In this document: positions 1-7,737 of the stretch, piece after piece
Layout of the letters: every line of letters begins with the position of its first letter
How positions within the stretch are numbered: the first letter of the stretch is position 1
Origin: Myxococcaceae bacterium
GTDB lineage: Bacteria > Myxococcota > Myxococcia > Myxococcales > Myxococcaceae
Length of the DNA: 33,825 nt
Reading direction: 5' to 3'
NCBI GenBank assembly: GCA_019694575.1
Contig: JAIBBR010000051.1
Coordinates: forward strand, 1-33,825
Made by a program: the position numbers and the translations under genes
Notes under the pieces: model-generated
Told to the model about the DNA's origin: nothing
Databases searched by the model: none
What the model saw: only the letters and a program-made list of their open reading frames with translations

Positions 1-1594
1 CGGGCAGCTCGATGGCGGCCTTGGCGCCGCGGTAAAAACGGTCTTGCGCGTCACGTATCGCGCTCGCTTGCGCCAACACCCCAATCACCGCCGAAAACCC
101 GGTAATGAACTTCAGCTCGTCGAAGGCTTGCTCATCGAAGCCGTCAGGCACCGCGACGAACAGCTGACGGTCGTTGAACAGGCTCAGCGGCACCACGCCC
201 AGTCGGCCTGCGTCAGCTTCACCTAAGTGAAGCAGCGCATCTTTCGGCGGGGGCATCGCGCGCAGTTTGGCGGTGGCGATGTACGGCCGTTGACTGGCCT
301 CGGCGAGGGCCCCCAGGGCGTCTTCGTCAGACACCACGCCGCTGTCGACCAACACGTCGATGAAGCGGCCCTTCACTTTCTGCCAGGTGCGAAAGGCCAG
401 ACGCAGTGCTTCGTGGGTGGCCTTGCCGCGCTTGAGAAGAATGTGGCCCAGCCGCTGCTCGAACGGCGTGCCGGGCGGCTCTTCGTCGCTGTCGTCGGGC
501 ACTGAAATGGGCCCGTCGGGCATCGCGCGCGCCGCCTCGCGGGCTTCTTTCTCTTCTTCTGCGCGAATCACCCGCAGCTCATCGGCGGTGATGCGCCGGG
601 TCTGCACGCGGCCCAACGTCGAGCTGCCCAGCACGGTGGGCGAGGGGCGGGGCGAAGACGTCTCTGCTTTCTTCGGCGTGTCGAGCACCCACTCTTCGGC
701 AGGCAGCGGCGCGCCGTCTTCGAGGCCCGAACGCCGCTCGGGGAACATCAACTTGAACATCTTCGCGATGTCGTCGCCGCTCACTGGCCCGGTCTGCGAG
801 GCCACGAAGTCAGACAAGGCGTCAGCGAAGTCGCGCACCGAAGGGTAACGGTGTTCAGGCGACGTGGCCAGCGACTGCAGCACAATTGGCTTGAACTCGT
901 GCGGTACCGAAGGCTCCCAAGGCAGCTTCATCACGTCGAGCTGCGCCAGCTCGGTCAGCCCCTTCATGCCGCTCGCCGCATTGAACAGCGGCTTCGACGA
1001 AAGCAACTCGAACATCAATAGGCCAAGCAAGTACACGTCACTGCGTGCGTTGGCCGGCTGCCCGTGCAGCTGCTCAGGCGCCACGGCTGAATGGCTCGAA
1101 AGCGCGGTCAGAAAGGGAGCGTCGCCCAGCCGCGTATCGACGTACGCGAGCGGTAAATTCAGCTTCACGTTGCCGTGGGTGTCTATCATCACCCGCTCGG
1201 CGCTGATGGGGAGCAAAGTGCCCGCTGGGCAACGGTCGCGCACTTTGGCCACGCCTTCGGCCAAACCTTGCATCAAGAAGCAGGTCTCGCGCAGGTCAGG
1301 CCACAATTGAGCGTCGTTGGCCGCGCGCAGCAGCACCCGCAACGAAACGCCGTCGACGAACTCGTGAATGTGCAGGTGACGCCCGGCATGCTGCGCCACG
1401 TCAATGACTTCGACGAGGTGGGTGTGGCGCAAACCGACACACGCGTTGGCCGGGCCGCGAAAAGCGAACGCGTCTGAAGCGGGCGCGCGGTGCACCACCA
1501 CCCATCGCGGCGGCTCGACGTCGAGCAGCTGCCCCAGAAAAGCGTCATCAGAAGTCCCCGTGGGGAGCTTCCGCAGCAAGCGATAGGTGGCCAA
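1..1594 (-). CDS. Ser/Thr protein kinase-like pseudokinase with a C-terminal MshEN (T2SS-E N-terminal type) domain; partial, 3' end lies beyond the window start
   Basis: Reverse-strand translation is open from TTG at 1592-1594 to the window edge (over 530 codons). It is absent from the ORF track because it runs off the edge. Kinase subdomains V (HLHIHEFVDGVSL), VIII (AVAPEQL) and IX (SDVYLLGLLMFELL) are retained. The Gly loop (KLPTGTSDDAF), the VAIK lysine (VVVHR), HRDLKPxN (VRDRCPAGT) and DFG (NLP) are degenerate. The C-terminal part has RLGHILLKRGKATHEALRLAF and RFIDVLVDSGVVSDEDALGAL, which resemble the 24-residue MshEN c-di-GMP-binding motifs. Same frame as, and 48 nt downstream of, the hydrolase gene stop. 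Confidence 0.65.
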   Translation of the reverse strand, partial: MATYRLLRKLPTGTSDDAFLGQLLDVEPPRWVVVHRAPASDAFAFRGPANACVGLRHTHLVEVIDVAQHAGRHLHIHEFVDGVSLRVLLRAANDAQLWPDLRETCFLMQGLAEGVAKVRDRCPAGTLLPISAERVMIDTHGNVKLNLPLAYVDTRLGDAPFLTALSSHSAVAPEQLHGQPANARSDVYLLGLLMFELLSSKPLFNAASGMKGLTELAQLDVMKLPWEPSVPHEFKPIVLQSLATSPEHRYPSVRDFADALSDFVASQTGPVSGDDIAKMFKLMFPERRSGLEDGAPLPAEEWVLDTPKKAETSSPRPSPTVLGSSTLGRVQTRRITADELRVIRAEEEKEAREAARAMPDGPISVPDDSDEEPPGTPFEQRLGHILLKRGKATHEALRLAFRTWQKVKGRFIDVLVDSGVVSDEDALGALAEASQRPYIATAKLRAMPPPKDALLHLGEADAGRLGVVPLSLFNDRQLFVAVPDGFDEQAFDELKFITGFSAVIGVLAQASAIRDAQDRFYRGAKAAIELP

Positions 1595-1642
1595 ACGCGA
1601 AGAGCCCTTCTCGAAAGGAGCCTGCGGTGAAGACGCCTGACA

Positions 1643-2647
1643 TCATAGCGCTTTGGGCTGGGTGTAGCGGCGCAGAAAAGCCGCTACAGCGGTGAAAACG
1701 TCACGGGCGGCATGACGCCCCAACAGCAAATCGCCATGCCCGTAGTCAGCCGCACTGCCCGTCGCCCGGCCCAAGGTGCGCGATTCGACAACGTGGCTTA
1801 AATATTTTCGTGCTGCTTCAACGCTCGACGCGGGCGCCAACTGGTCGGCCGCTCCAGAGAGCAACATCACCGGTGCGCGCAGGCTGCGCATGCCTTCGCG
1901 GTAGTTGAAACCGTCGTTGGCGTCGAAAACGTCGTTTTCAACCCAGCGCACGAATTGTCGCGCCACACCGGTTTGAATGTCAGCCACCGTGTGCGCCAAC
2001 GCCCGGCGAACCGCATGGCCTTCGACATTGTCCAAATTGAGCGCGTGCTCGAACAGCGCGTGCCGCGGCAAGCCGAACGGCGCGGCGACCTTCGCCGCAG
2101 CCGCCAGTGGAATCGCGTCGAGGTGCAACAAGGGCTTCACCGCTTTGACGAAACGCCGCACGCCCGGGTGCGCGTCGAAATGCACCGGGCTGGCGATGGC
2201 GACCACCGCTCGAAGCGGCACGTAAGGGTTCAACCCCGCATGCGCGAATGCGAGCAGCGCGCCTTTCGAATGGCCCACCCACAACACTTCTTGTGGCCCC
2301 GTCGAGGTGACGGTTTTTATCGCCGCCGCCACGTCGTAGCGCGCTTGCTCGTCGAAGGTGGCTTGCGAAGGTTTGCCCGCCACGCCGCGGCCGCGCAATT
2401 CGAGCACCCAGGTTTCAAAACCTTCACCGGCAAGAAAACGCGCGAGCGAGCTGTGCTCGTCGAAGTCCATCGCGTAGCGGTTGGTGAAAAGCCCGTGGCA
2501 GAGCACCACCGGGTGCGTGTAGGCCACCGTGCTTTTGGGAAAATAACGGCCCAGTGAAATCGCCGCGCCGTCGTCGGTGGGTACCCGGTACAGCTCGTCA
2601 GGCCGGTGGGTGGGAGCGGTGGGAAACAGGAGCCAGGGCACGTTCAA
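1643..2647 (-). CDS. alpha/beta hydrolase fold esterase/lipase
   Basis: ORF 1643..2800(-). It has a GHSKG nucleophile elbow (GxSxG), an upstream PVVLCHGLF oxyanion-hole HG motif and a late His (GHGDLLLGRH). The track's N-terminal extension overlaps the divergent flotillin start. The real start is probably TTG 2645-2647 or GTG 2639-2641, so the start is uncertain. Confidence 0.65.
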   Translation of the reverse strand: MNVPWLLFPTAPTHRPDELYRVPTDDGAAISLGRYFPKSTVAYTHPVVLCHGLFTNRYAMDFDEHSSLARFLAGEGFETWVLELRGRGVAGKPSQATFDEQARYDVAAAIKTVTSTGPQEVLWVGHSKGALLAFAHAGLNPYVPLRAVVAIASPVHFDAHPGVRRFVKAVKPLLHLDAIPLAAAAKVAAPFGLPRHALFEHALNLDNVEGHAVRRALAHTVADIQTGVARQFVRWVENDVFDANDGFNYREGMRSLRAPVMLLSGAADQLAPASSVEAARKYLSHVVESRTLGRATGSAADYGHGDLLLGRHAARDVFTAVAAFLRRYTQPKAL

Positions 2648-2786
2648 AACGAGTGTAACGTGCCTGTAGAGAATCGGTGCGCGAGACGGAAATGAGCGCC
2701 TGACACCAACGTACTGTTTGGCGTTGGTGGCCTGGGGAGGCTGCTCTACATTTCGCCGACCTTTCAGGGGAGCGCACAGTTCACAC

Positions 2787-4841
2787 ATGTTAGAAACCAT
2801 TGCTTACGTTTATTTGGGCGCGGCCATCATTGGTCTGCTGCTGTTGTATTGGTTGGGTTCACGCTGGTTCGTGAACGTGGGGCCCACGCAAATTGCCATT
2901 ACCGAGCGACGCTATTGGGGCAAAGAGCTCGAAGCGGGCCGCGTGTTCGCCACCTCTGGCGAAGTGGGTATTCAAGCCGAATATTTGAACCCCGGGTTGC
3001 ACTTCGTGGCCTGGCCCTTCGTGAGCGTGATTCGCCGGGTAGAATTCGTCACCATCGGCCCCGACGAGCTGGGGGTGGTCACCGCCACTGACGGCGCGAC
3101 GATGCCTTCTGGCCGCGTGTTCGCCGAAGACAAAGCAGGTGAGCACCACGACAACTTTCAAAACCCGGTGGCGTTTTTGAACCAGGGCGGTGTGCGTGGA
3201 AAGCAGCTGCGCTTTCTCACCAACGGTACGTTCAAAATTCACCCCGTGCTCTTCGAAGTCGAAAAAATTCCCAAGACGCGCATTCGCGAAGGCGCGATTG
3301 GCATTGTCACCGCCGCCGACGGCTTGGCGCTCGAGCAGGGCCAGTTGCTCGGTAAGAGCATTCAAGGCCACGACAATTTTCAGAAGGCCGAAATTTTTTT
3401 GAAGAACGCCGGCCAGAAAGGGCCGCAAATCGATTTTTTACGCCCCGGCACGTACAACATTTTTAGCGACATGTTTCGGGTGCAGCTCGCCGACGCGGCG
3501 TCGATTGCCGAAGACCAAATTGGCGTCGTCGATGCCAAAGACGGCCAAGCGTTGGCGAAGAATGACGTCGTCGCGCAAACGCCTGACTTGAAAGCCCACA
3601 ACAGCTACCAAGACGGCCAAGGTTTTTTAGACGCAGGCGGCATGCGTGGCCCGCAAGACGCGGTGTTGCGCCCCGGCCGCTATTACATCAACCCCTTTTT
3701 GTTTTCGGTGACGCTGCGCCCGCTGACGGTCATTCGCCAAGGTGAAGTGGGCGTGTTGATTTCGAACATGGGTAAAGACCCTGACCTGGCATTGCGCGTC
3801 GACGCGGCCTTGGGCGGAGAGCACCCGAGCAGCGAAGAGGGAGGCCGCCAGTTGCATGTGGTGCCCGAGGGTTACCGCGGCATTCAGAAAAACGTGCTGG
3901 GGCCCGGCAAATACAACATCAACCCGCTGGCTTTTTCGGTGGTGGTGGTGCCGACCACCATGCGCTCGGTAGAATGGTCGAAGACGACGTCGACGAATAG
4001 CAACCCGTTTGACCCGTTCACCGTGGTTTCACACGACGGTTTCGAAATGCAGGTCGAAGTGCGTTGCCAGTACCGCGTGCTGCCTGAAAATGCGCCGTAT
4101 GTGATTCAAAAGCTGGGCTCCATTGAAGACTTGGAGCGCAACGTGATTCACCCACAAATCGACGGCATTTTCCGCGCGCAGGTGTCGAAGTCTCCGGCCA
4201 TTGCGTTTCAGCAAAACCGCGCGGTCGAACAAGCCGGCGCTGAAGAAGCCGTGCGTGAAGACTTGAAGAAGTACCGGGTCGAAGTGGTGTCGGTGATGAT
4301 TACCAACATTCTGTTGCCCGAAGCGCTCATGCGCACCACCCAGCAGAAGAACTTGGCCGAGCAGGAGCAGTCGATGTTCGACGCCAAGAAGAAAGCCGAA
4401 GAGCGCCGCATCGAATTCGAAAAAACCAAAGCGCAGGCCGACCAACAGGGCCCGTTGATGAAGGCCCAAGTGGGCATCGAAATCGCTGACCACGAAGCCA
4501 AGCAGGTGCAAAAGCGCGCCGAAGGTGATGCCGCACGCATTCGCACCACCGCCGCCGCCGAAGCGCAGAAGACGCAGCAAATCGGTGACGCTGAAGCGTC
4601 TATCATTCGGGCCAAGGGCGAAGCGCAAGCCAAGGCGTACCGTGAGCAAGTCGAAGCGCTCACCGCGCAAGGGGTGACTGCGGTCGAAGTGGTGAAGGCC
4701 ATTACCGCGGCCGGTTTGAAGATTACGCCTGACGTGATGGTGACCGGCGGTGACGGCGACAAGAACGGCCCCAGTGGCGCGTTGGTGAATTTGCTCCTCG
4801 CCAATGTGGTGCAGAGCCAGGTGAAACAGCAGGCGAAGTAG
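2787..4841 (+). CDS. flotillin-like SPFH/Band-7 family membrane protein with five tandem N-terminal repeats and a C-terminal flotillin coiled-coil (Ala/Glu/Gln-rich)
   Basis: ATG at 2787 with GGGGAG 14 nt upstream; the track ORF begins earlier at 2718. N-terminal TM (IAYVYLGAAIIGLLLLYWL). It has five ~75-aa repeats of the type FL..GG.RG.Q..L.PG.Y.I.P.LF.V......I.EG.IGVVTA.DG.AL. These are followed by the core SPFH region (VEVRCQYRV..., NVIHPQIDGIFRAQVS) and a flotillin-type C-terminus (AEQEQSMFDAKKKAEERRIEFEKTKAQADQQ ... AAEAQKTQQIGDAEASIIRAKGEAQAKA) ending in a GGDGD tail. Confidence 0.85.
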   Translation: MLETIAYVYLGAAIIGLLLLYWLGSRWFVNVGPTQIAITERRYWGKELEAGRVFATSGEVGIQAEYLNPGLHFVAWPFVSVIRRVEFVTIGPDELGVVTATDGATMPSGRVFAEDKAGEHHDNFQNPVAFLNQGGVRGKQLRFLTNGTFKIHPVLFEVEKIPKTRIREGAIGIVTAADGLALEQGQLLGKSIQGHDNFQKAEIFLKNAGQKGPQIDFLRPGTYNIFSDMFRVQLADAASIAEDQIGVVDAKDGQALAKNDVVAQTPDLKAHNSYQDGQGFLDAGGMRGPQDAVLRPGRYYINPFLFSVTLRPLTVIRQGEVGVLISNMGKDPDLALRVDAALGGEHPSSEEGGRQLHVVPEGYRGIQKNVLGPGKYNINPLAFSVVVVPTTMRSVEWSKTTSTNSNPFDPFTVVSHDGFEMQVEVRCQYRVLPENAPYVIQKLGSIEDLERNVIHPQIDGIFRAQVSKSPAIAFQQNRAVEQAGAEEAVREDLKKYRVEVVSVMITNILLPEALMRTTQQKNLAEQEQSMFDAKKKAEERRIEFEKTKAQADQQGPLMKAQVGIEIADHEAKQVQKRAEGDAARIRTTAAAEAQKTQQIGDAEASIIRAKGEAQAKAYREQVEALTAQGVTAVEVVKAITAAGLKITPDVMVTGGDGDKNGPSGALVNLLLANVVQSQVKQQAK

Positions 4842-4862
4842 TCAGCGGCAATCACCTGACAC

Positions 4863-6143
4863 CTACCGCCGCAGTACCTGCACGCGGCCGTCGTCTTTTT
4901 CTGGGCGGTACACCACGGTACCCGGGCGAGGCCACAGGAAGCTGCCTTTGATGCCCCAGTCTTCGAAGTCGATTTTTCCACCCGCGGCAAATGCCACGAG
5001 GGTGCTGTTGCTCGTGTGTAACACTGGCTGCGTGTGGGTGCCGGGGCTTGAGTACGCACTCAGCTCGGTAGGCAGGGGCTGTGACAACACGTGTGCGACT
5101 CCGCCTTCGTCGAGGGTGGCCAGGCGCAGCTGAAAACCGTAGTCGAGCCAAATGCCTTCGTTGCTGGCTCCCACCACTTGGCCGTCGAAAGTGTCGCATT
5201 GCGGCTCGCGGGTGGTTTGAGCATGGGCGGGCATTCGACAAATTACCGAGCGCCTGGGCGCATTGAGTTGCCACGCGACCAGCACGTTACCATCGGCGAG
5301 TAAAAGCCCGGTGACGGGCTCTGAAGGTGCTGGCGCGCTGAAGCTCACCCGCGACGAATAAAGTGATTCGCTCTCAACCCAGAAAAAAACGAGCTCATCT
5401 GTACTCACCCACACGCTGGTATCGCCACCGGCGATCCAGACACCGTGCGAGAGCGGCTTTGACGGCAAGCTGGCTTCTGGTTGCAGCGCCAGCCGCACAC
5501 CGTCGTCGACGTAGCGGCGAATCGCGTTGTCGCTGTGTTGGGTCCACACTGTGTCGCCGTTGGCCACCAGGCGCGTGGTGGCCACTTCTTGCACGGCGCC
5601 ATCGGGCCGAATCAGCCGGGCGCGTTCACTCTCGATGCACAACAAGCCATTGTGGCGGGTAACGAGCATGTCTTCACAGAGGTCAAGCCTTTGCGCGGCG
5701 AAGTTTTGCTTCGAGGGAGCGGGCTTGGCCTCGACGGCCAACACGTCTCTTTGCGCGCGCCCAAGCGAAGGTTGAAAGAGCGCCGCCACATGGTGCACGC
5801 CGATGGTCTGCGGGGTGAATGACACCACGGCGCTATCGGCACCACCCGTTCGAATCAACACTCCCTGCGATGCCACCACCTGGCCCTTTGCATCGGTCAC
5901 CTCGACGACGACTGACTCGGCCCCTCCCAATGCGCAAATCGACCCCAAAGGCAGCGTGACCGACTGTTGAACCCCCACTTGAAACGCGGGGGCCTCGGTG
6001 AACTGCGGAAATTCACACTCGGGGGCCGCCGGTGAGGGCACGCGTGGCTCGACTGCACAGGCAAAGGCGAACAAAGAACAAAATAAATGTATCGGCTGGC
6101 CAAGACAGTCATCGGCGCACGGCCGAAGCAAGGTCAGTGCCAT
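4863..6143 (-). CDS. hypothetical secreted protein or lipoprotein, possibly beta-rich repeat/propeller-like
   Basis: ORF 4863..6308(-). The likely start is ATG at 6141-6143 (MALTLLRPCADDC...HLFCSLFAFACAVEP), which is signal-peptide-like with a possible lipobox-like FAC. The 5' 66 nt of the track ORF would overlap the metallophosphoesterase gene. Start uncertain. Confidence 0.5.
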   Translation of the reverse strand: MALTLLRPCADDCLGQPIHLFCSLFAFACAVEPRVPSPAAPECEFPQFTEAPAFQVGVQQSVTLPLGSICALGGAESVVVEVTDAKGQVVASQGVLIRTGGADSAVVSFTPQTIGVHHVAALFQPSLGRAQRDVLAVEAKPAPSKQNFAAQRLDLCEDMLVTRHNGLLCIESERARLIRPDGAVQEVATTRLVANGDTVWTQHSDNAIRRYVDDGVRLALQPEASLPSKPLSHGVWIAGGDTSVWVSTDELVFFWVESESLYSSRVSFSAPAPSEPVTGLLLADGNVLVAWQLNAPRRSVICRMPAHAQTTREPQCDTFDGQVVGASNEGIWLDYGFQLRLATLDEGGVAHVLSQPLPTELSAYSSPGTHTQPVLHTSNSTLVAFAAGGKIDFEDWGIKGSFLWPRPGTVVYRPEKDDGRVQVLRR

Positions 6144-6243
6144 GGGTGTATCAGCCGTGGCCCAGTCGAAAATCAACCCATGGAGCGCGTACCTGCCAAA
6201 GGCCGCGGCCCCCTTTGCGACCGCCGTGTCGTGGTTAAATGAA

Positions 6244-7002
6244 TCAGGTGTCTGACACCTCCTGCTCGTCCTGGTGCAGCAAGACTGGGGCAAACCCCGC
6301 CGCGTCACACGAAGCGAGCACGTACTTCACGCCGTTCTTTTCGCCCACGAAGCCCGCGCCAATGCCCGGGCCATGTAAATGCCCGTACACGCAAATTTTC
6401 GGCTGCCACGCCTCAACCACGTGGCTGAAGGCCGTATCGAGGCCGTTTGAATAGCGGGGAGGAAAATGCACTGCGGCAATGCGAACCAGCGGCGTGGGGC
6501 TGGCCGCCTCTTTTTTCTGGGCATCATCGATAGAGAGCGACAAGCGTCGCGTCTCGCGCTCGACGTAGTCGGTTTTTACCGGCTCATTGCCCATTTCGCC
6601 GCCCGGCATGGCAGGGGCTTCAGGCGTGCTCCACAGCCGAGTGCCGGCAATGACGTACGGCCCCACCTGCACCGCGCAGTTTTGCAGAAAGCCGACGAAT
6701 GACGGGTACGGCTCGAGCAGCTTTTTCAACTTGGCGGTCGAATCACCCCACCAGTAATCGTGGTTGCCTTTGAGCAGTACTTTCTTACCCGGCCGCTCGT
6801 CGAGCCATTGCAAGTCGCCTTGCACTTCAGTGGCGCGGGTGGCCCACGAAATGTCGCCCGCCACAATCACCACATCGTCAGGTTTCACCGATGCGTCCCA
6901 CGCGCGGCCGAGCGGAGCGGGGTGCTCGTGCCACCCGAACTTGTCCATGCCCTTGTTGCGGGTAGACGGCAGGTGGGTGTCACCGATGGCGAAGAGGCGC
7001 AT
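6244..7002 (-). CDS. calcineurin-like metallophosphoesterase
   Basis: ORF 6244..7002(-), ATG start. Phosphoesterase motifs are present: IGDTHLP (GDxH), VIVAGDIS (GDxx), GNHDYWW (GNHD/E) and YGHLHGP (GH). Confidence 0.8.
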   Translation of the reverse strand: MRLFAIGDTHLPSTRNKGMDKFGWHEHPAPLGRAWDASVKPDDVVIVAGDISWATRATEVQGDLQWLDERPGKKVLLKGNHDYWWGDSTAKLKKLLEPYPSFVGFLQNCAVQVGPYVIAGTRLWSTPEAPAMPGGEMGNEPVKTDYVERETRRLSLSIDDAQKKEAASPTPLVRIAAVHFPPRYSNGLDTAFSHVVEAWQPKICVYGHLHGPGIGAGFVGEKNGVKYVLASCDAAGFAPVLLHQDEQEVSDT

Positions 7003-7174
7003 ATGAAGGGCTCTAGCAAACGCTCATAGGTGAGATCTTAAGGATTCGCTCGACGGGTACGTGCAGCCACCTTGCGCAAAAATGGGCGAAGGCACGCCGG
7101 AACGCAACGAGCCCCCTCGCACCTAAAGGCCTTTTCGCGAAGGCTCAAATGAAGTGCTCACCCATGAGCAAACG

Positions 7175-7702
7175 TTACAGCTCACACCCCAAGCGCTTTT
7201 CGGGCGCTTCTTCGTCTTGGTGCGAGAGCACTTCGCGTATCGCCGCTTCGTCGTACGTGTCGCCCACCCAGCCATAGCCCCACACCATCGCCGCCACGCG
7301 TTTCGGCAACGACGGGTCAGGGGTGACGATGATGCGCCGCTGCTGCGCGTCGGCCTGCCGCGTTTGCCACAACGCATTCAACGCTTCGACAATCTCAGGG
7401 CACCCTTGCGGACAATTCCACGCCAGTACCGCGTGGCCGTGCTCCAGGTTGTGCAGCCAATGGCAGCGTTTTTGCGCGGTGTCATATTTGCGGCATGGCA
7501 ACCAGGTCGGGCAATGGTCGCCTCCTACGGGAGGGTTGAAACCGTCGCCGCACGCGGTGTCGTCGCAGCTCGCCAAGTGCTTCGCGGCCGGCAAATCGCG
7601 GTGAAAAACGCCGCCGTCGCTATCGCCCCCTGCCAGAGGAGGCCGGTGGCAGGCGAACAATGGCAAGGCACAAAAGAAGACGAGCGACGAGATGCGTTGC
7701 AT
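7175..7702 (-). CDS. putative lipoprotein, DUF3105-like (LEHG motif), Cys-rich
   Basis: Signal peptide plus lipobox (MQRISSLVFFCALPLFAC). NLEHGHAVLAWNCPQGCPE matches my memory of the conserved DUF3105 motif. The overlapping + ORF 7154..7873 is judged antisense noise. Confidence 0.55.
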   Translation of the reverse strand: MQRISSLVFFCALPLFACHRPPLAGGDSDGGVFHRDLPAAKHLASCDDTACGDGFNPPVGGDHCPTWLPCRKYDTAQKRCHWLHNLEHGHAVLAWNCPQGCPEIVEALNALWQTRQADAQQRRIIVTPDPSLPKRVAAMVWGYGWVGDTYDEAAIREVLSHQDEEAPEKRLGCEL

Positions 7703-7737
7703 GAAAACACCCTATGCCAGCTGCCGACAGCGCAGCG

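Noticed and set aside
360-1310. Several + strand ORFs (360..848, 864..1310, 1175..1477) across the left end
   Set aside because: The reverse strand encodes a continuous kinase-homologous protein with recognisable subdomains. The + strand products are low-complexity Ser/Ala/Arg-rich.
2718-2786. Upstream extension of the flotillin ORF to 2718 and of the hydrolase ORF to 2800
   Set aside because: The two extensions would overlap each other in antisense. The flotillin has a good ATG plus GGGGAG at 2787. The hydrolase fold begins well downstream of the track's first Met.
4029-5059. Minus-strand ORFs 4029..4670 and 4208..5059 antisense to the flotillin 3' half
   Set aside because: They are antisense artefacts. 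The + strand product has unmistakable SPFH/flotillin features and a proper RBS and start.
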